A stretch of DNA of 64,000 nucleotides from Eubacteriales bacterium (GCA_045594705.1 JAZNZB010000038.1:20234-84233); one strand, 5' to 3'. Positions 36,255 to 45,740 are shown, counted from the first letter of the stretch. Numbers and translations: made by a program. The notes: a model not told the origin generated them from the sequence alone.

Positions 36255-36286
36255 GAAATTATCATACAGCCGAAAGGAGCATACTG

Positions 36287-37903
36287 ATGAACAAGCATTT
36301 CAAGTTAAGCCTTCCCGACTCCGGCAAGGATATTTATATGCCCAGAAAGACACAGACCTGGGGATACCGCTACGGCCCTTCTATCATGGTCGAGGGCGAC
36401 GTTTGCCGCGCATGGTTCGCCTCCCCCGGAGATTGCTTTGAAGCAGACTGGTTTACCTATCGCGAATCCCGCGACAAGGGCGAGACCTGGACCGACGAGC
36501 GCGTGGTGCTGACTCCCACGCCCGATTCCATGGACTGGTTCTCTGTTTGTGACCCTGCGGTTTTCAAATACGGGAAATACTACTACATCGGCTACACTTC
36601 CACCATTTTTGCTGACGGTGGCGGCGTTTGCAACAACGGATTCGTGGCAAGAAGCGAAAACCCCGACGGTCCCTTCTTCAAGTGGACGGGCGACGGCTGG
36701 GGCGAATACCGCAACGGCTGTGCATGGATGGGCAAGCCTGCGCCCATTATCTACTACGACGAGGATTGGAAACACTGGGGGGCGGGTGAGTTTTCCTTCG
36801 TGGTCAAGGACGACCTGCTCTACATCTATTACACCTGGACCTCCAAAAAGGCAGACGGAACAAGCTACTCACAGACACGTGTGGCAACCGCCGACATCAC
36901 GCGCGAGGATTGGCCGCGCACCATCGTGCAGCACGGCGTGGCTGCGGTGCGCAACGGCGGCGGAAACGATTCCTATGACGTAGTCTTTTGCGAAGAGCTC
37001 GGCAAGTTCATTGCCCTTTCCACCGACAAGCGGTTTTCGGGGGACAGCTTTTTGTCTGTTTCCGAGTCGGACGACGGCCTTGTATTTACCCGAGTCAACG
37101 ACATCCGCACCAACACCTGCTTTATGCTGCACAACTGCGGCATTTCGGGTGACGCACAACACCATATAGGGCAAGGCGATACCCTGCTGCTCGGCTATGC
37201 TTACGGCAACCAATGGGGCAAATGGGGTACGAGATTGCACAGATACGAGTACACTCTCATGGACGAGGACTACTATTCCGAGCTGGATCTGCCCAATCTT
37301 GCCATGGAGAGCGAGCTTTGGGAGCGCGACCCCGACATGCAGCCCATGATCCTGACAGCCGTGAAACCGCACTACATCCGCGTCAAGCCCGGCACAACCG
37401 CACCGATTGAAATGAAGACCTACAACTCCTGCTACGAGCCGGAAATGATAGATCCGTCTCTGCTCACGTTTGACAACTTTGACACCGAGATCGTAGAGAT
37501 CAAGGACGGTATGGTCATCGGTAAACAGGTGGGATACACCTACGTGGATGCGCATCTTGGAAACCTTTGCGGCACGGTGCTTGTGTACGTGGATGCGCCC
37601 GATACCTGCTACGATGCGGGCACGCGCACGGTGGTTTCGTTTGAGCCGATGCTCGACACATACGTCATTTCCCTTTCCGAGGGCGTCGCCAAGCAGCTGC
37701 GAGGACTGGCGCATTGGTCGGACGGCAGGTGGTACGAGATCTGCGAGGTCAAGGACGGCGTGACCTATCAAAACCACTCCCCCGAGCTGATCAGCGTAGA
37801 CGAACGCGGCATTTGCAAGGCACTCGGCACCACGGGTACGGCCAAGGTCACCCTGCAAGCGGGAGATTTTGCATTTGACGTCAACGTCATTGTGACAAAA
37901 TAA
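36287..37903 (+). CDS. Beta-propeller glycosidase-like protein with one Asp-box and a C-terminal Ig-like region
   Basis: 538 aa, AGGAG RBS, no signal peptide. SRDKGETW matches the BNR/Asp-box SxDxGxTW. Blade-like repeats (VCDPAVFKYGKYYYIGYTS). C-terminal beta-sandwich-like end (TGTAKVTLQAGDFAFDVNVIV). Family unassigned. Confidence 0.6.
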   Translation: MNKHFKLSLPDSGKDIYMPRKTQTWGYRYGPSIMVEGDVCRAWFASPGDCFEADWFTYRESRDKGETWTDERVVLTPTPDSMDWFSVCDPAVFKYGKYYYIGYTSTIFADGGGVCNNGFVARSENPDGPFFKWTGDGWGEYRNGCAWMGKPAPIIYYDEDWKHWGAGEFSFVVKDDLLYIYYTWTSKKADGTSYSQTRVATADITREDWPRTIVQHGVAAVRNGGGNDSYDVVFCEELGKFIALSTDKRFSGDSFLSVSESDDGLVFTRVNDIRTNTCFMLHNCGISGDAQHHIGQGDTLLLGYAYGNQWGKWGTRLHRYEYTLMDEDYYSELDLPNLAMESELWERDPDMQPMILTAVKPHYIRVKPGTTAPIEMKTYNSCYEPEMIDPSLLTFDNFDTEIVEIKDGMVIGKQVGYTYVDAHLGNLCGTVLVYVDAPDTCYDAGTRTVVSFEPMLDTYVISLSEGVAKQLRGLAHWSDGRWYEICEVKDGVTYQNHSPELISVDERGICKALGTTGTAKVTLQAGDFAFDVNVIVTK

Positions 37904-37926
37904 TTGACAGTTGTGAAACATTCGCT

Positions 37927-38050
37927 GTAGGGGGCGACGTCCTCGACGCCCCCTCCCATATATACCACCTTATTAACGGACAGCCGAGGACGCCTGTCCC
38001 TACATGACGTTGTTGATGCAAAACGGGCTGTCGAGGACGTCAGCCCCTAC
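37927..38050. repeat. Three REP-like hairpin units with a conserved loop
   Basis: Unit 1 (37927-37956, inverted): GGGGGCG-TCGAGGACGT-CGCCCCC-TAC on the minus strand. Unit 2 (37978-38003): GGACAG-CCGAGGACGC-CTGTCC-CTAC. Unit 3 (38025-38050): GGGCTG-TCGAGGACGT-CAGCCC-CTAC. Confidence 0.8.
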
Positions 38051-38074
38051 CGACAGACGGATTGCATAGAATAG

Positions 38075-38114
38075 CCCCCGACGGACTCAAAAATCCTTCG
38101 GGGGTGCTTTTATT
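38075..38114. terminator. Hairpin terminator between convergent genes
   Basis: CCCCCGA/TCGGGGG stem followed by TGCTTTTATT on the plus strand. Lies 4 nt from the GH35 stop on the other strand. Confidence 0.65.
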
Positions 38115-38117
38115 CAA

Positions 38118-39896
38118 TTATTTCATCTGCAAATTCTGCAGCTCCGGTGTATCCGTGAACATGATTACGGGATCGGTATAGCCATCCGATTCAAAGACCA
38201 CGATCTCGTTGTCGCCCGTGTGCAAGAGTGGTGCGGGCAGGTACAGCGTTTTCTGCGGACCTGCGGGATTATAGTAACGGCCGATATTGAAACCGTTGAC
38301 CGTGACAAAACCTTTGTGAAAGCCATCAAGGCGAACGAAGGTATCTTTAGGGGCCTCATCAAGATGCAGATTGCCGCGCAGGAATGCGGGTCCGGAAAAC
38401 CCGTGCTCGGGTGCATAGGTCAGACCGGTCAGATCGTCCATGGTCATGGGGTACATCTCCCAGCCGAAGTGATAACGCTGCCCCAGGCGCACGCCGCCCA
38501 AAATTCCCTTCTTATCCAGCAAATTGATGCCGTAATTAACTCTGCCCATGTTCTCGACCAGAATATCCACCACGGCGGACTCACCGAAATCAAGCGAAAC
38601 GTTGATCTCATCGTTTCGGCGGTCACGCTCCTTGATGCCTGCAAATTGCCCGTTGACAAACACAATGGCGCGGTCGTGCAGCTCACCAAAGCAAAGCGGC
38701 AGCGGCTCAATCGGGCCATGAATGGTGGTGCGATACAGCGTAAAGCCGAAGTCCTGCCCCAGCTGCTCCATGGTTTTGGGGAATGCAGCCCTGACGGGAG
38801 AAGACAGCTTGTCAAGATTCTCAAACAGCTCCGCCTGCTCGGTCAGCGTAAGGTTGCCGTAGGCTGCCTTTTCGGAGTTTTTGACCTCGATTTCGGGCGC
38901 AGGCTTGCCCGTTCTTCGTGCGATCAGATCCTTGACTGCCTCATAAAGCGGGGTGGTATCCCCTGCTTCGGTCAACAGCGCGCGGTAGTCGTAGCTTGTG
39001 ATGGTGGGCTGATACTCGCCCGGATGATTTGCGCCGTTCCAAAAAGCGAAATTGGTGCCGCCATGGAACATATACAAATTAAAGGACGCGCCGAGATCAA
39101 AGAACTTTTCGATCTCGCGCACGATGTCCTCGATGGGTCGCAGCTGCGTGCCCGACTCGTACCAATGGTCAAACCAGCCGTCCCAGAACTCACCGCACAT
39201 CAGAGGGCGATCCTTTTGGAACTCGTTCAAGGTCAAAATCTGCTCGGTATAGCTGCCGAAATTGGCCACGGCCAGCACCTCGGGCAACGTACCGCCGCTC
39301 AGCATCCACTTAGCCGTGCCGTCCGAGGTGAACAGCAGACAATCAATGCCGTTTTCGCGGTAGATATCCACGATCTTTTGCAAATAGACCTTATCGTCGC
39401 CGTAGCTGCCGTACTCATTCTCGACCTGTACCATGATGACGTTGCCGCCGTTGGTGCACAGATGCGGACGGATGCGCGAGAGCAGCTCGCGATAATACGG
39501 CTTTACCTTGGATAGGTACATGGGATCGTCACAGCGCAGCGCAATATCGGGATAAGAGAGCAGCCAGGAAGGAAGTCCACCGAAATCCCATTCGGCACAA
39601 ATGTAAGGCCCCGGACGAAGGATGACGAAAAGACCCAGCTTTTCTGCCGTTTCGATAAATTTCTCAATATCAAGCAGCCCCGAGAAATCAAACTGCCCTT
39701 CCCGTCTCTCGTGCAGATTCCAGCAGGTATAGGTCTCGACCGTATTGAGTCCGCATGCCTTGAGCTTGAGCAGTCTGTCCTCCCATTGCTCGGGCAGGGT
39801 GCGGAAATAATGCACAGCACCCGACAGAATGGTCACGGGCTGACCGTCATAAAGAAATTGTGCGTTTTCGTATGCAAATGTGTGCTTCATATCCAT
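38118..39896 (-). CDS. GH35 beta-galactosidase
   Basis: 592 aa. GAVHYFRTLPEQWEDRLLKLKACGLNTVETYTCWNLHERREGQFDFSG...ILRPGPYICAEWDFGGLPSWLL and VQVENEYGSYG are GH35 signatures. Confidence 0.93.
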   Translation of the reverse strand: MDMKHTFAYENAQFLYDGQPVTILSGAVHYFRTLPEQWEDRLLKLKACGLNTVETYTCWNLHERREGQFDFSGLLDIEKFIETAEKLGLFVILRPGPYICAEWDFGGLPSWLLSYPDIALRCDDPMYLSKVKPYYRELLSRIRPHLCTNGGNVIMVQVENEYGSYGDDKVYLQKIVDIYRENGIDCLLFTSDGTAKWMLSGGTLPEVLAVANFGSYTEQILTLNEFQKDRPLMCGEFWDGWFDHWYESGTQLRPIEDIVREIEKFFDLGASFNLYMFHGGTNFAFWNGANHPGEYQPTITSYDYRALLTEAGDTTPLYEAVKDLIARRTGKPAPEIEVKNSEKAAYGNLTLTEQAELFENLDKLSSPVRAAFPKTMEQLGQDFGFTLYRTTIHGPIEPLPLCFGELHDRAIVFVNGQFAGIKERDRRNDEINVSLDFGESAVVDILVENMGRVNYGINLLDKKGILGGVRLGQRYHFGWEMYPMTMDDLTGLTYAPEHGFSGPAFLRGNLHLDEAPKDTFVRLDGFHKGFVTVNGFNIGRYYNPAGPQKTLYLPAPLLHTGDNEIVVFESDGYTDPVIMFTDTPELQNLQMK

Positions 39897-39899
39897 ATC

Positions 39900-40583
39900 T
39901 CAATCGTTACTTGTGGGAATATACGGTGCAATGGCTGCCGCTGTTGCCATAATGGGCATGGACTGTACCCAGATCTTACCCGGGCCGGTCACACGCGTGT
40001 TAAAGAAGCCCTCGCCGCCAAACAGCACGTTTTTCGCGCCCTTGACGCTCTCCAGCTCCATGGTACAGGCCTCGGTCATGGCTGCAAGATACCCTGTGCC
40101 GAGAATAATGCTCTGCCCTGCGGCAAGCTCATATTCTTTGCAGTAGCCGTCGATCTCAACAAACACAAGGCCATCACCCGTGATCTTCTGCATGATAAAG
40201 CCTTCACCGCCAAACAACCCTTGGCCGATCTTTTTGCGGAAATGGATGGACAGATTCAGTCCCTTCTCCATGGCCAAAAAGCCCTTTTTCTGCACGATGA
40301 TGCCATTGCCGGGCGTGACGTGAAAAGGCAGGATCGAGCCCGGGAAGGAGGACGAAAACGCGATCATGCCGGGGCGACCCTCTGCGGTATATTCGTTCAA
40401 AAACACGGATTCGCCCGAAAACAGTCTGCCCATGGCCTTGCCAAATCCGCCTGCGTTTGTTTCCATTTTCATATTGGGGCTCATCCAGCTCATAGCCCCT
40501 CTCTCTGTGCAAAGCGTTTGCCCTGCCTCGGGATAACAGATCACAACGGGAAGCGAATCTCCTTGAATTTCATATTTGATCAT
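39900..40583 (-). CDS. TIGR00266/AIM24-family protein (DUF124)
   Basis: 227 aa. MIKYEIQGDSLPVVICYPEAGQTLCTERGAMSWMSPNMKMETN... and ...GEGFFNTRVTGPGKIWVQSMP fit the family pattern. Confidence 0.85.
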   Translation of the reverse strand: MIKYEIQGDSLPVVICYPEAGQTLCTERGAMSWMSPNMKMETNAGGFGKAMGRLFSGESVFLNEYTAEGRPGMIAFSSSFPGSILPFHVTPGNGIIVQKKGFLAMEKGLNLSIHFRKKIGQGLFGGEGFIMQKITGDGLVFVEIDGYCKEYELAAGQSIILGTGYLAAMTEACTMELESVKGAKNVLFGGEGFFNTRVTGPGKIWVQSMPIMATAAAIAPYIPTSND

Positions 40584-40647
40584 ATTGAACTCCTTTCATG
40601 GACAAAGCCCTGCACGGAATACTCCGTGCAGGGCTTGATATAGGTTA

Positions 40648-42006
40648 TCAGTAACCGATCACGGTCTGGTAAACGACCTGCGCGTAAATTCTGCTCAGGA
40701 AGTCGTTGGGATGGTTGATATTGTTACCGGTATGGTCGCGGAAGCGCTTGTTCTCCAGAATTCTCTGGCTCATGGTGGTCATCTTGGCGACGGCGCAGGA
40801 CTTACCGTCCTCTACGTAATCTGCTGCAAGCGCTTCAAACACATTCTCAAAGCGGTGCTGATTGCCGTACCAGCCGTTGGTGGCCTCGGGATTGGGAATC
40901 ATGGTTGCCACAAGCAGCATCTCTGCCTCGGGTGCGATCTCATACAGCTTATCCGAGATCTTCTTGATTGCCTTCTGCTCGTTCTTGGGAGAATTTCCTG
41001 CATCGTTCATACCGAATGCCAGCAGGAAGAAATCACAGCCGTACTGCTCTACGAAGGGCTTGACGTATTCGTCAAACTTGTTAAAGCCGTCAGCACTGGT
41101 CCAACCGCCCACGGCGGGATTGATATAGGTAATGGTACCGTTTGTGCCGAACACGGTGTCCTCTGCGGGAGGAACTGCAGCACCGGTAAGGCCGGTGTTG
41201 ACGTACTTGACGGTATAGCCGTACTTCTGCGCCAGGTACTGCGTGAACAGCTGGGTATAGGAGGGTGCGTAAGGATTGGTGCCGGAAAGACCCGACGAGG
41301 ATGCGCCGAAGGTGATGCTGTCGCCATAGAAGATCATGGTAGCATCCTGACCTGCCTCCAGCTTTGCGATCAGCTTTGCAAACTGATTCGAGGTCTCGGG
41401 TACAAAGCCCTCCCAGGTCTGGCTGTGCGTGTAGGTCACGGCGATCTGCCACTGGGTCATCACAACGCCCTCACCCCAATAGGTATAATATTGCTTTCCG
41501 TCATACTTGGTAACAAGCTGTGCGGGCATACCGGGGATCTCGGTTTCGTGATAGTATTCCTCAAAGGTGATGACGGGAATGCGCGTGCCCTCAAGCAGCA
41601 CCAGCTGTCCGTCCACAACGTCATAGTCCTTGCCCTGCTCGTAAACCGTTTTCAGGTCGTAAGAGGTGACGGAAAGAATCTCGTCGGGCGTATACAGCAA
41701 GGACGCCTTGTCGTCCATGCCGACGAACATGACAGTCTCGTTATACATGTACTTGCCCTTCCAGATAGGCTTCATATAGGTATCCAGATAGTAGGTGTCG
41801 TAAGCAAGCAGCTCCTCGGGCTTTTCGGGCTCGGTCTGCTCCTCGGTGGTCTCTTCGGGTGTGGTCTGCTCGGGAGCTGTAGTACCCTCGGGAGCCGTGG
41901 TATCCTCGGGAGTTGTGGTCTCTTCGTTTCCGCCGTCACAGCCGACAAAGCAAACGCCGAGCATCAACATCGCAAGGATCATGGAAAGAAATCTGATCGT
42001 TTTCAT
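40648..42006 (-). CDS. SGNH/GDSL-type hydrolase lipoprotein
   Basis: Start set at ATG 42006 (GGAGG RBS). MKTIRFLSMILAMLMLGVCFVGC-DGG lipobox, T/E/P linker, FYGDSITFG (block I) and LLAFGMNDAG (block III). Confidence 0.8.
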   Translation of the reverse strand: MKTIRFLSMILAMLMLGVCFVGCDGGNEETTTPEDTTAPEGTTAPEQTTPEETTEEQTEPEKPEELLAYDTYYLDTYMKPIWKGKYMYNETVMFVGMDDKASLLYTPDEILSVTSYDLKTVYEQGKDYDVVDGQLVLLEGTRIPVITFEEYYHETEIPGMPAQLVTKYDGKQYYTYWGEGVVMTQWQIAVTYTHSQTWEGFVPETSNQFAKLIAKLEAGQDATMIFYGDSITFGASSSGLSGTNPYAPSYTQLFTQYLAQKYGYTVKYVNTGLTGAAVPPAEDTVFGTNGTITYINPAVGGWTSADGFNKFDEYVKPFVEQYGCDFFLLAFGMNDAGNSPKNEQKAIKKISDKLYEIAPEAEMLLVATMIPNPEATNGWYGNQHRFENVFEALAADYVEDGKSCAVAKMTTMSQRILENKRFRDHTGNNINHPNDFLSRIYAQVVYQTVIGY

Positions 42007-42045
42007 ACGTTCCTCCAAAATGATTATTTTAGTGTTTTGATTTAC

Positions 42046-42483
42046 TTACTTCGTGCCGGTCGAGCCAAAGCCGCCCGTGCCTCTCTCGGTTTCCTGCAGT
42101 GCATCCACCTCGCAGAACTGTGCTTGGTACACCGGTGCGAAAACCATCTGCGCCACTCTCTCACCCGGCTCAACCGTCTGCGGCTGCTCGGTATGATTAT
42201 GCAAAGAGACCATGACCTGGCCGCGGTAGTCGCTATCAATCACGCCGACCTTATTGGCAGGCGCAAGCCCGCGCTTGGTGGCAAGGCCGCTGCGCGCATA
42301 GATAAATCCCGCAAAGCCCTGCTCGATCTCCATCGAAAGTCCCGTGGGGATCAGCACGGTCTGACTTGGCTGTATGGTCACCGCCTCGTCAATGCATGCA
42401 TACAGATCCGCGCCTGCTGCGTCGGCGCTTCCGTAGGTGGGGACGTGTGCATTTTGCTGCAGCTTTACGATCTTGACTGTCAC
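42046..42483 (-). CDS. dut: dUTP diphosphatase
   Basis: 145 aa, GTG start with GGAGGA RBS. AAGADLYA, ARSGLATKRGL, GVIDSDYRGQV and GGFGSTG are the dUTPase motifs. Confidence 0.95.
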   Translation of the reverse strand: MTVKIVKLQQNAHVPTYGSADAAGADLYACIDEAVTIQPSQTVLIPTGLSMEIEQGFAGFIYARSGLATKRGLAPANKVGVIDSDYRGQVMVSLHNHTEQPQTVEPGERVAQMVFAPVYQAQFCEVDALQETERGTGGFGSTGTK

Positions 42484-42561
42484 AACTTTCCTCCGGGTAA
42501 GATAATATATTCATAGTGTAACAAATATTTTTTAACACGGTGTGAACATATGCAATTATTC

Positions 42562-42590
42562 TTGACGAATTGATCAAAAAGGAGTATAAT
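42562..42590 (+). promoter_or_regulatory. sigma-A type promoter (TTGACG-N17-TATAAT)
   Basis: TTGACG aattgatcaaaaaggag TATAAT, about 30 nt upstream of the ATG at 42623. Confidence 0.6.
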
Positions 42591-42622
42591 CATGGTAACA
42601 GTTTTATCAAGGAGGACGACCC

Positions 42623-43690
42623 ATGAGCAAAACAAAGGTTGCCGTGATCGGCTGCGGAACGATCGCTAACAGCGCACATATTCCCGCATACATGAACAAT
42701 CCCGAGGTAGAGATCAAGTATTTCTGTGACATCATTCCCGAAAAGGCTCAGGCTGCCGTGGAAAAATACGGCTGCGGTACTGCCATCGTGGACTACCACG
42801 AGATTTTGGACGACCCGGAGATCGAGGCAGTTTCGGTCTGCACCCCCAACCGTATGCATACCACCATTGCCATTGACTTTTTGGAGCACGGCAAGCACGT
42901 GCTTTGCGAAAAGCCCGCGGCACGCACCTATGCCGAGGCAAAGCTGATGCAAGAGGCACAGCACAAGTCGGGTAAGGTACTCAACATCGGCGTGGTCAAC
43001 CGCTTCAATACGGCTGTCAACGAGATCAGAAAGCTGATCGAGAACGGTGATCTTGGCGAGGTCTATCACGTATACGTATCCTTCCGCGCATGGCGTTCGA
43101 TCCCGGGACTTGGCGGTGCGTTTACCACCAAGGAGATCGCAGGCGGCGGTGCTTTGATCGACTGGGGCGTGCATTACCTGGATATCGTGATGTACTGCAC
43201 GGGCGATCCCAAGCCTCTGACCGTTTCGGGCAAGGCATTTTGCAAGCTGGGCGTAGATATGCCGAACTACGTTTATGAGGGCATGTGGGCTGAGGATACC
43301 AAGGACGTAAACGGCACCTACGACGTGGACGACAGCGTCACCGGCTTTATCCGCACCGAAGGCCCGACCATCACCTTCAACGGTGCATGGGCGCAAAACA
43401 TCGGCATTGGCGAGGCTTATATCGACTTCCTTGGCGACAAGGCAGGCGTTCGCCTCAACTATGGCGGCAATTTCACGGTATTCGGCACCAAGGACGGCAA
43501 GCTGACCAAGGAAATTCCCGAATACGACAGCGTACATATGTTCCAGAACGAGATCGATTCCTTCATCCGCTGCATCAAGACGGGCGAAAAGCTTCCCTCT
43601 CACATCGACCAGGTCATCATCACCGCGCGTATGATGCAAGCCATCTACGACAGCTCCGAGCAAAACGAGGAAATCAAGCTGGAGTGGTAA
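42623..43690 (+). CDS. Gfo/Idh/MocA-family NAD(P)-dependent oxidoreductase
   Basis: 355 aa, AGGAGG RBS. KVAVIGCGTIANSAHIPAY Rossmann start and EKPAARTYAEA motif. Confidence 0.9.
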   Translation: MSKTKVAVIGCGTIANSAHIPAYMNNPEVEIKYFCDIIPEKAQAAVEKYGCGTAIVDYHEILDDPEIEAVSVCTPNRMHTTIAIDFLEHGKHVLCEKPAARTYAEAKLMQEAQHKSGKVLNIGVVNRFNTAVNEIRKLIENGDLGEVYHVYVSFRAWRSIPGLGGAFTTKEIAGGGALIDWGVHYLDIVMYCTGDPKPLTVSGKAFCKLGVDMPNYVYEGMWAEDTKDVNGTYDVDDSVTGFIRTEGPTITFNGAWAQNIGIGEAYIDFLGDKAGVRLNYGGNFTVFGTKDGKLTKEIPEYDSVHMFQNEIDSFIRCIKTGEKLPSHIDQVIITARMMQAIYDSSEQNEEIKLEW

Positions 43691-43694
43691 AATA

Positions 43695-43727
43695 GAAAAG
43701 GTGAATGCAGATTGCATTCACCTTTTC
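43695..43727. terminator. Bidirectional hairpin terminator
   Basis: GAAAAGGTGAATGCA/TGCATTCACCTTTTC 15-bp perfect stem with A/T-rich flanks, between convergent genes. Confidence 0.8.
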
Positions 43728-43735
43728 TATTCCGG

Positions 43736-44077
43736 TTAAATTTTTTCCTTAACCTTGGAAGCCTTACCAACTCTGCCGCGCAGGTAGTACAGCTTTGCAC
43801 GTCTGACCTTACCACGACGGATAGTGTCAACAGCTACTACGTTGGGAGAGTGGATGGGGAAAGTCTTTTCAACACCGCAGCCGTAAGAAATTCTTCTTAC
43901 AGTAAAGGTAGCGGAGATACCTGCACCGTGCTTCGCGATAACAGTACCCTCGAAAAGCTGGATTCTCTCTCTGGAACCCTCTTTGATCTTGTTGTGAACA
44001 CGTACGGTGTCACCAACGTTGACAGAAGGAATTTCTGCCTTCAATTGCTCGTTTGTAAAAGCCTCGATCAGATTCAT
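43736..44077 (-). CDS. rplS: 50S ribosomal protein L19
   Basis: 113 aa. [10 protein letters not shown]-type start ([35 protein letters not shown]), [21 protein letters not shown] and [10 protein letters not shown]. Confidence 0.97.
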   Translation of the reverse strand: MNLIEAFTNEQLKAEIPSVNVGDTVRVHNKIKEGSRERIQLFEGTVIAKHGAGISATFTVRRISYGCGVEKTFPIHSPNVVAVDTIRRGKVRRAKLYYLRGRVGKASKVKEKI

Positions 44078-44160
44078 TTTGATGGCCCTCCTTATATTAT
44101 CGGATGTTCATGCGAGCATGCAGCGGACCACCCGTTCTAATGCCGTGCTCATGGCACGCA
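44078..44160 (-). promoter_or_regulatory. Structured 5' leader of rplS (possible ribosomal-protein autoregulatory leader)
   Basis: About 85-nt leader between the promoter and the ATG. Contains the hairpin ATGCGTGC-CATGA-GCACGGCAT and further GC-rich segments ahead of the AGGAGGG RBS. Not compared to any covariance model. Confidence 0.3.
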
Positions 44161-44166
44161 TCGGTT

Positions 44167-44195
44167 ATTATAACATATACTTTCTCAAAATGCAA
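44167..44195 (-). promoter_or_regulatory. sigma-A type promoter of rplS (TTGCAT-N17-TATAAT)
   Basis: Minus strand: TTGCAT tttgagaaagtatatgt TATAAT. Confidence 0.6.
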
Positions 44196-44243
44196 GAGCT
44201 TTTTGAAAAATAATTTACATTTTTCTCATGTTTTTTTGCATTT

Positions 44244-45659
44244 TCAGCGTTTGAGTCTTCCCTTCAGCATCTCGGGCAGCATTTTGAGCATGGAGAGCAG
44301 CGCGGGCGCATTCAACCCCACTACCGCAACAGCCAAAAGACCGATGTACAGCTGCCAGAGATACGGCTCGGTCATCATAATGACCGTCATGCCGCCAAGC
44401 AGCACGGTATTGATTGCAATGCGCGGGATCTGCAAATTGAAGCGGATAAAACGATGCATGGTAGCCGCACGCAGTACAAAGACAGCAAAATAGCTGACAA
44501 ACGTTGCAACCGACGCACCGACCGCACCCCACGACGGGATCCAGATCAGATTGAGCACGATATTGAAAATCGCGCCCACCATGGAGGTATAAAACGACAC
44601 CATGGTCTTTTTCTTGGTGAAATATGCGGTTGCCAGGAACGAGTCAAATGAGGTGAATACCGTGGCAAGCACCAGAATCGGCACGTACAGCCATGCCTGA
44701 TAATAAGAATCGGCAAACAGCAGCACCGAGGCCACCTTGGCAAATGCAATCAAGCCTGCCCCGCCCACAAACACAATGGCCACGTAATAGCGGAACACCT
44801 TGCCAAAGAAATCGGCGCATGCATCGGGGTCATCCGACTCCTTGACAGCGGACAGTCTCCACGCTTCGTTGAAGACCGAGACCATATACGTCAGCAGCGT
44901 GGGGATCTTATAGGCAGCCGCGTAAAGGCCGTTCTCTGCATCCGAGCGCATGCGCGCGACCAGATAGCGGTCGGAAACTCCCGTGATCCACCAGAATACG
45001 GTGGTGGGGATCAGCGGCAAGGAAAAGCGCAGCATCTCACCCATGATTTTTTTGGAGATCTTTTTGAACGAAAAGGCGCGCCACAGTCTGCAATACACAA
45101 TCAGCACAAGCGTGGTGACAAAATCGGCACACACGACGCTGAGCACGTATCCCTCGATCTTCATTCCAAAGCCCAAAAGGAACAACAGATTGAAGCCAAT
45201 ATTGAGTGCGGTATTCAGAATGCCCTGAAAAGCAAAGGTTTTTGTGCGACCGATAGCACAAACGTACTGCGCGCAAACCGAATGAAAATTGGAGCACAGC
45301 ACGAAAATGACGATCAGCCAAACGTAGGATGCGAAGTATTCCAGCAGCAAAAGCAGCGGCGAGAGCAGCAAAAAGCCTGCCGAGCTGATGGCCAAAATGG
45401 CCATGCCGCTTGAGAAAAAGGCTTCCTTATCCCCTTCCTTGGCTGCTGCATTGCGGAACAGTCCCTCGGCAATGCCAAGGCAAGCCAACGGGATGAGCAG
45501 ATTGGCAAGCTGCGTGATCAGATCCGCGGTGGAATACTGCGCCTCGGACAGGCATGCGGTATACAGCGGCATCATCAAAAAGACCAGCATTTTGGATACA
45601 AATTTTCCCACTGTAAAGATCACGGTATTTCCAAACAGTCTCTTGATTCTGGCGTCCAC
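44244..45659 (-). CDS. MOP-superfamily oligosaccharide/polysaccharide flippase (Wzx-like)
   Basis: 471 aa, GTG start with GGAGG RBS, about 12-14 hydrophobic segments. N-terminus ...LFGNTVIFTVGKFVSKMLVFLMMPLYTACLSEAQYSTADL is typical of polysaccharide-biosynthesis flippases. Confidence 0.8.
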   Translation of the reverse strand: MDARIKRLFGNTVIFTVGKFVSKMLVFLMMPLYTACLSEAQYSTADLITQLANLLIPLACLGIAEGLFRNAAAKEGDKEAFFSSGMAILAISSAGFLLLSPLLLLLEYFASYVWLIVIFVLCSNFHSVCAQYVCAIGRTKTFAFQGILNTALNIGFNLLFLLGFGMKIEGYVLSVVCADFVTTLVLIVYCRLWRAFSFKKISKKIMGEMLRFSLPLIPTTVFWWITGVSDRYLVARMRSDAENGLYAAAYKIPTLLTYMVSVFNEAWRLSAVKESDDPDACADFFGKVFRYYVAIVFVGGAGLIAFAKVASVLLFADSYYQAWLYVPILVLATVFTSFDSFLATAYFTKKKTMVSFYTSMVGAIFNIVLNLIWIPSWGAVGASVATFVSYFAVFVLRAATMHRFIRFNLQIPRIAINTVLLGGMTVIMMTEPYLWQLYIGLLAVAVVGLNAPALLSMLKMLPEMLKGRLKR

Positions 45660-45693
45660 GTGCTCACCTCCCCTTTTTTGCCGACTAACCTAT

Positions 45694-45722
45694 ATTTTAT
45701 CACTTTGCCGCTTGGGTGTCAA
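45694..45722 (-). promoter_or_regulatory. sigma-A type promoter (TTGACA-N17-TAAAAT)
   Basis: Minus strand: TTGACA cccaagcggcaaagtga TAAAAT, upstream of the flippase gene. Confidence 0.5.
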
Positions 45723-45740
45723 GGCAAGCAGAGATGTTTT

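Noticed and set aside
37768-37968. 66-aa minus-strand ORF over the intergenic hairpin units
   Set aside because: It is produced by translating the repeat element (GGGVEDVAPY...). It has no RBS and lies between convergent genes.
31895-39515. Other long antisense ORFs: 31895-33475 (+), 35479-36441 (+), 36869-37921 (-), 38220-39515 (+)
   Set aside because: Each mirrors a gene with recognisable motifs (DUF1667 Cys pattern, GxGxxG, Asp-box, GH35 signature). None has an RBS or an independent promoter.
40711-43717. Long ORFs 40711-42516 (+, 601 aa) and 42590-43717 (-, 375 aa)
   Set aside because: They lie opposite the SGNH hydrolase and dut genes and the Gfo/Idh/MocA gene (Rossmann motif KVAVIGCG) respectively. 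They have no start context, and their composition is typical of antisense frames in GC-rich coding DNA.
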